Shown here: one piece after another, positions 5,799-6,341 of the stretch
Position numbering within the stretch: the stretch's first letter is position 1
Layout of the letters: every line of letters starts with the position of its first letter
IMG/VR virus record: IMGVR_UViG_2529292719_000021
Coordinates: 1-6,341 of that record
From: a virus
Taxonomy: Duplodnaviria; Heunggongvirae; Uroviricota; Caudoviricetes
Strand: one strand, 5' to 3'
DNA: 6,341 nucleotides
Program-made: the position numbers and the translations under genes
Notes under the pieces: generated by a model
What the model was told of the DNA's origin: nothing
Seen by the model: only the letters and a program-made list of their open reading frames with translations
Databases searched by the model: none

Positions 5799-6341
5799 AT
5801 GACGGCAGAGTACATCAGGGACTGGCAACAACCGCGCCACGCAGTGGGGCGTGAAGGAACGGGGATCCCCGCTCCTGAATCCGCGCTTTCCTCCTGGCTG
5901 GATGCCTACCGGGCAGAGAACGAGCGCCGCCAGGAAATGGCTGATGCGGCGTTCTCCGCCACGCCGCTGGGCAACCTGATTAATAAAAGCCTGGACGCAC
6001 AGGAAAAACAGGACAAAACCATCACACTGGCAGGAGACGCCAGAAAGCAGGCACGCGGCGCGGTGGATGAAGCCATGGCCTCGCTGCGCCTGCTGCCGTC
6101 CTATCTGCGCGATCCGCTTATTCGCCACCTCTCCTTCCTGCGCAAAAAACAGGAATCTGACCGCCAGAAAGGTAAAAAGAACCAGCAGGCTGAACGCTAC
6201 GCGCGCGGGACCCTGCGCAAAATATTCGAACGTCTGGACCGCACCGACCACCGCTGGCTGACACCGGGTTATCGCGCCCTTGCCGGACGCGAACGCCTGG
6301 ATGATTTGCTTTACCTCCCGCAGCTCAACAAGCACCAGATA
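5799..6341 (+). CDS. 5' part of a larger ORF running off the window; possibly a P2 gpA-like replication initiation protein
   Basis: Open frame with no stop from the ATG at 5799 to the window end (181 codons, checked by hand). Not in the ORF track because it is unterminated. The motifs RHAVGREG and LPSYLRDPLIRHLSFLRKK resemble what I recall of the P2 A N-terminus, and the position after the small early genes fits. The family call is tentative. Confidence 0.45.
   Translation, partial: MTAEYIRDWQQPRHAVGREGTGIPAPESALSSWLDAYRAENERRQEMADAAFSATPLGNLINKSLDAQEKQDKTITLAGDARKQARGAVDEAMASLRLLPSYLRDPLIRHLSFLRKKQESDRQKGKKNQQAERYARGTLRKIFERLDRTDHRWLTPGYRALAGRERLDDLLYLPQLNKHQI

Noticed and set aside
5262-6335. 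357-aa minus-strand ORF
   Set aside because: It lies antisense to three co-oriented plus-strand genes with proper spacing and ribosome-binding sites. Its translation is Arg/Cys/Gly-rich with no recognisable domain, typical of a spurious antisense frame in GC-rich coding DNA.

Overview
This window reads as the immunity/early end of a P2-family temperate prophage (tyrosine integrase, C-type HTH repressor upstream of it on the same strand, divergent early operon of small translationally coupled ORFs, start of a probable replication gene). Layout on the minus strand: terminator (57..83), two low-GC cargo genes (193..1243), integrase (1246..2223), repressor (2273..2584). Layout on the plus strand: a Cox/Apl-like gene and seven small early ORFs (2680..4801), a 322-bp structured non-coding region with a terminator, a candidate promoter and a thrice-repeated TTCTCAAC motif (4802..5123), two more small ORFs, and a partial ORF running off the right edge (5799..6341). 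The best candidate for an undescribed system is the two-gene cargo fused to the 3' end of int: a Zn-ribbon-like protein plus a tail-anchored membrane protein built from in-frame tandem 33-bp (11-residue) repeats. Its function cannot be assigned from sequence alone. All family assignments are from reading the translations and recalled family features, not from database searches.
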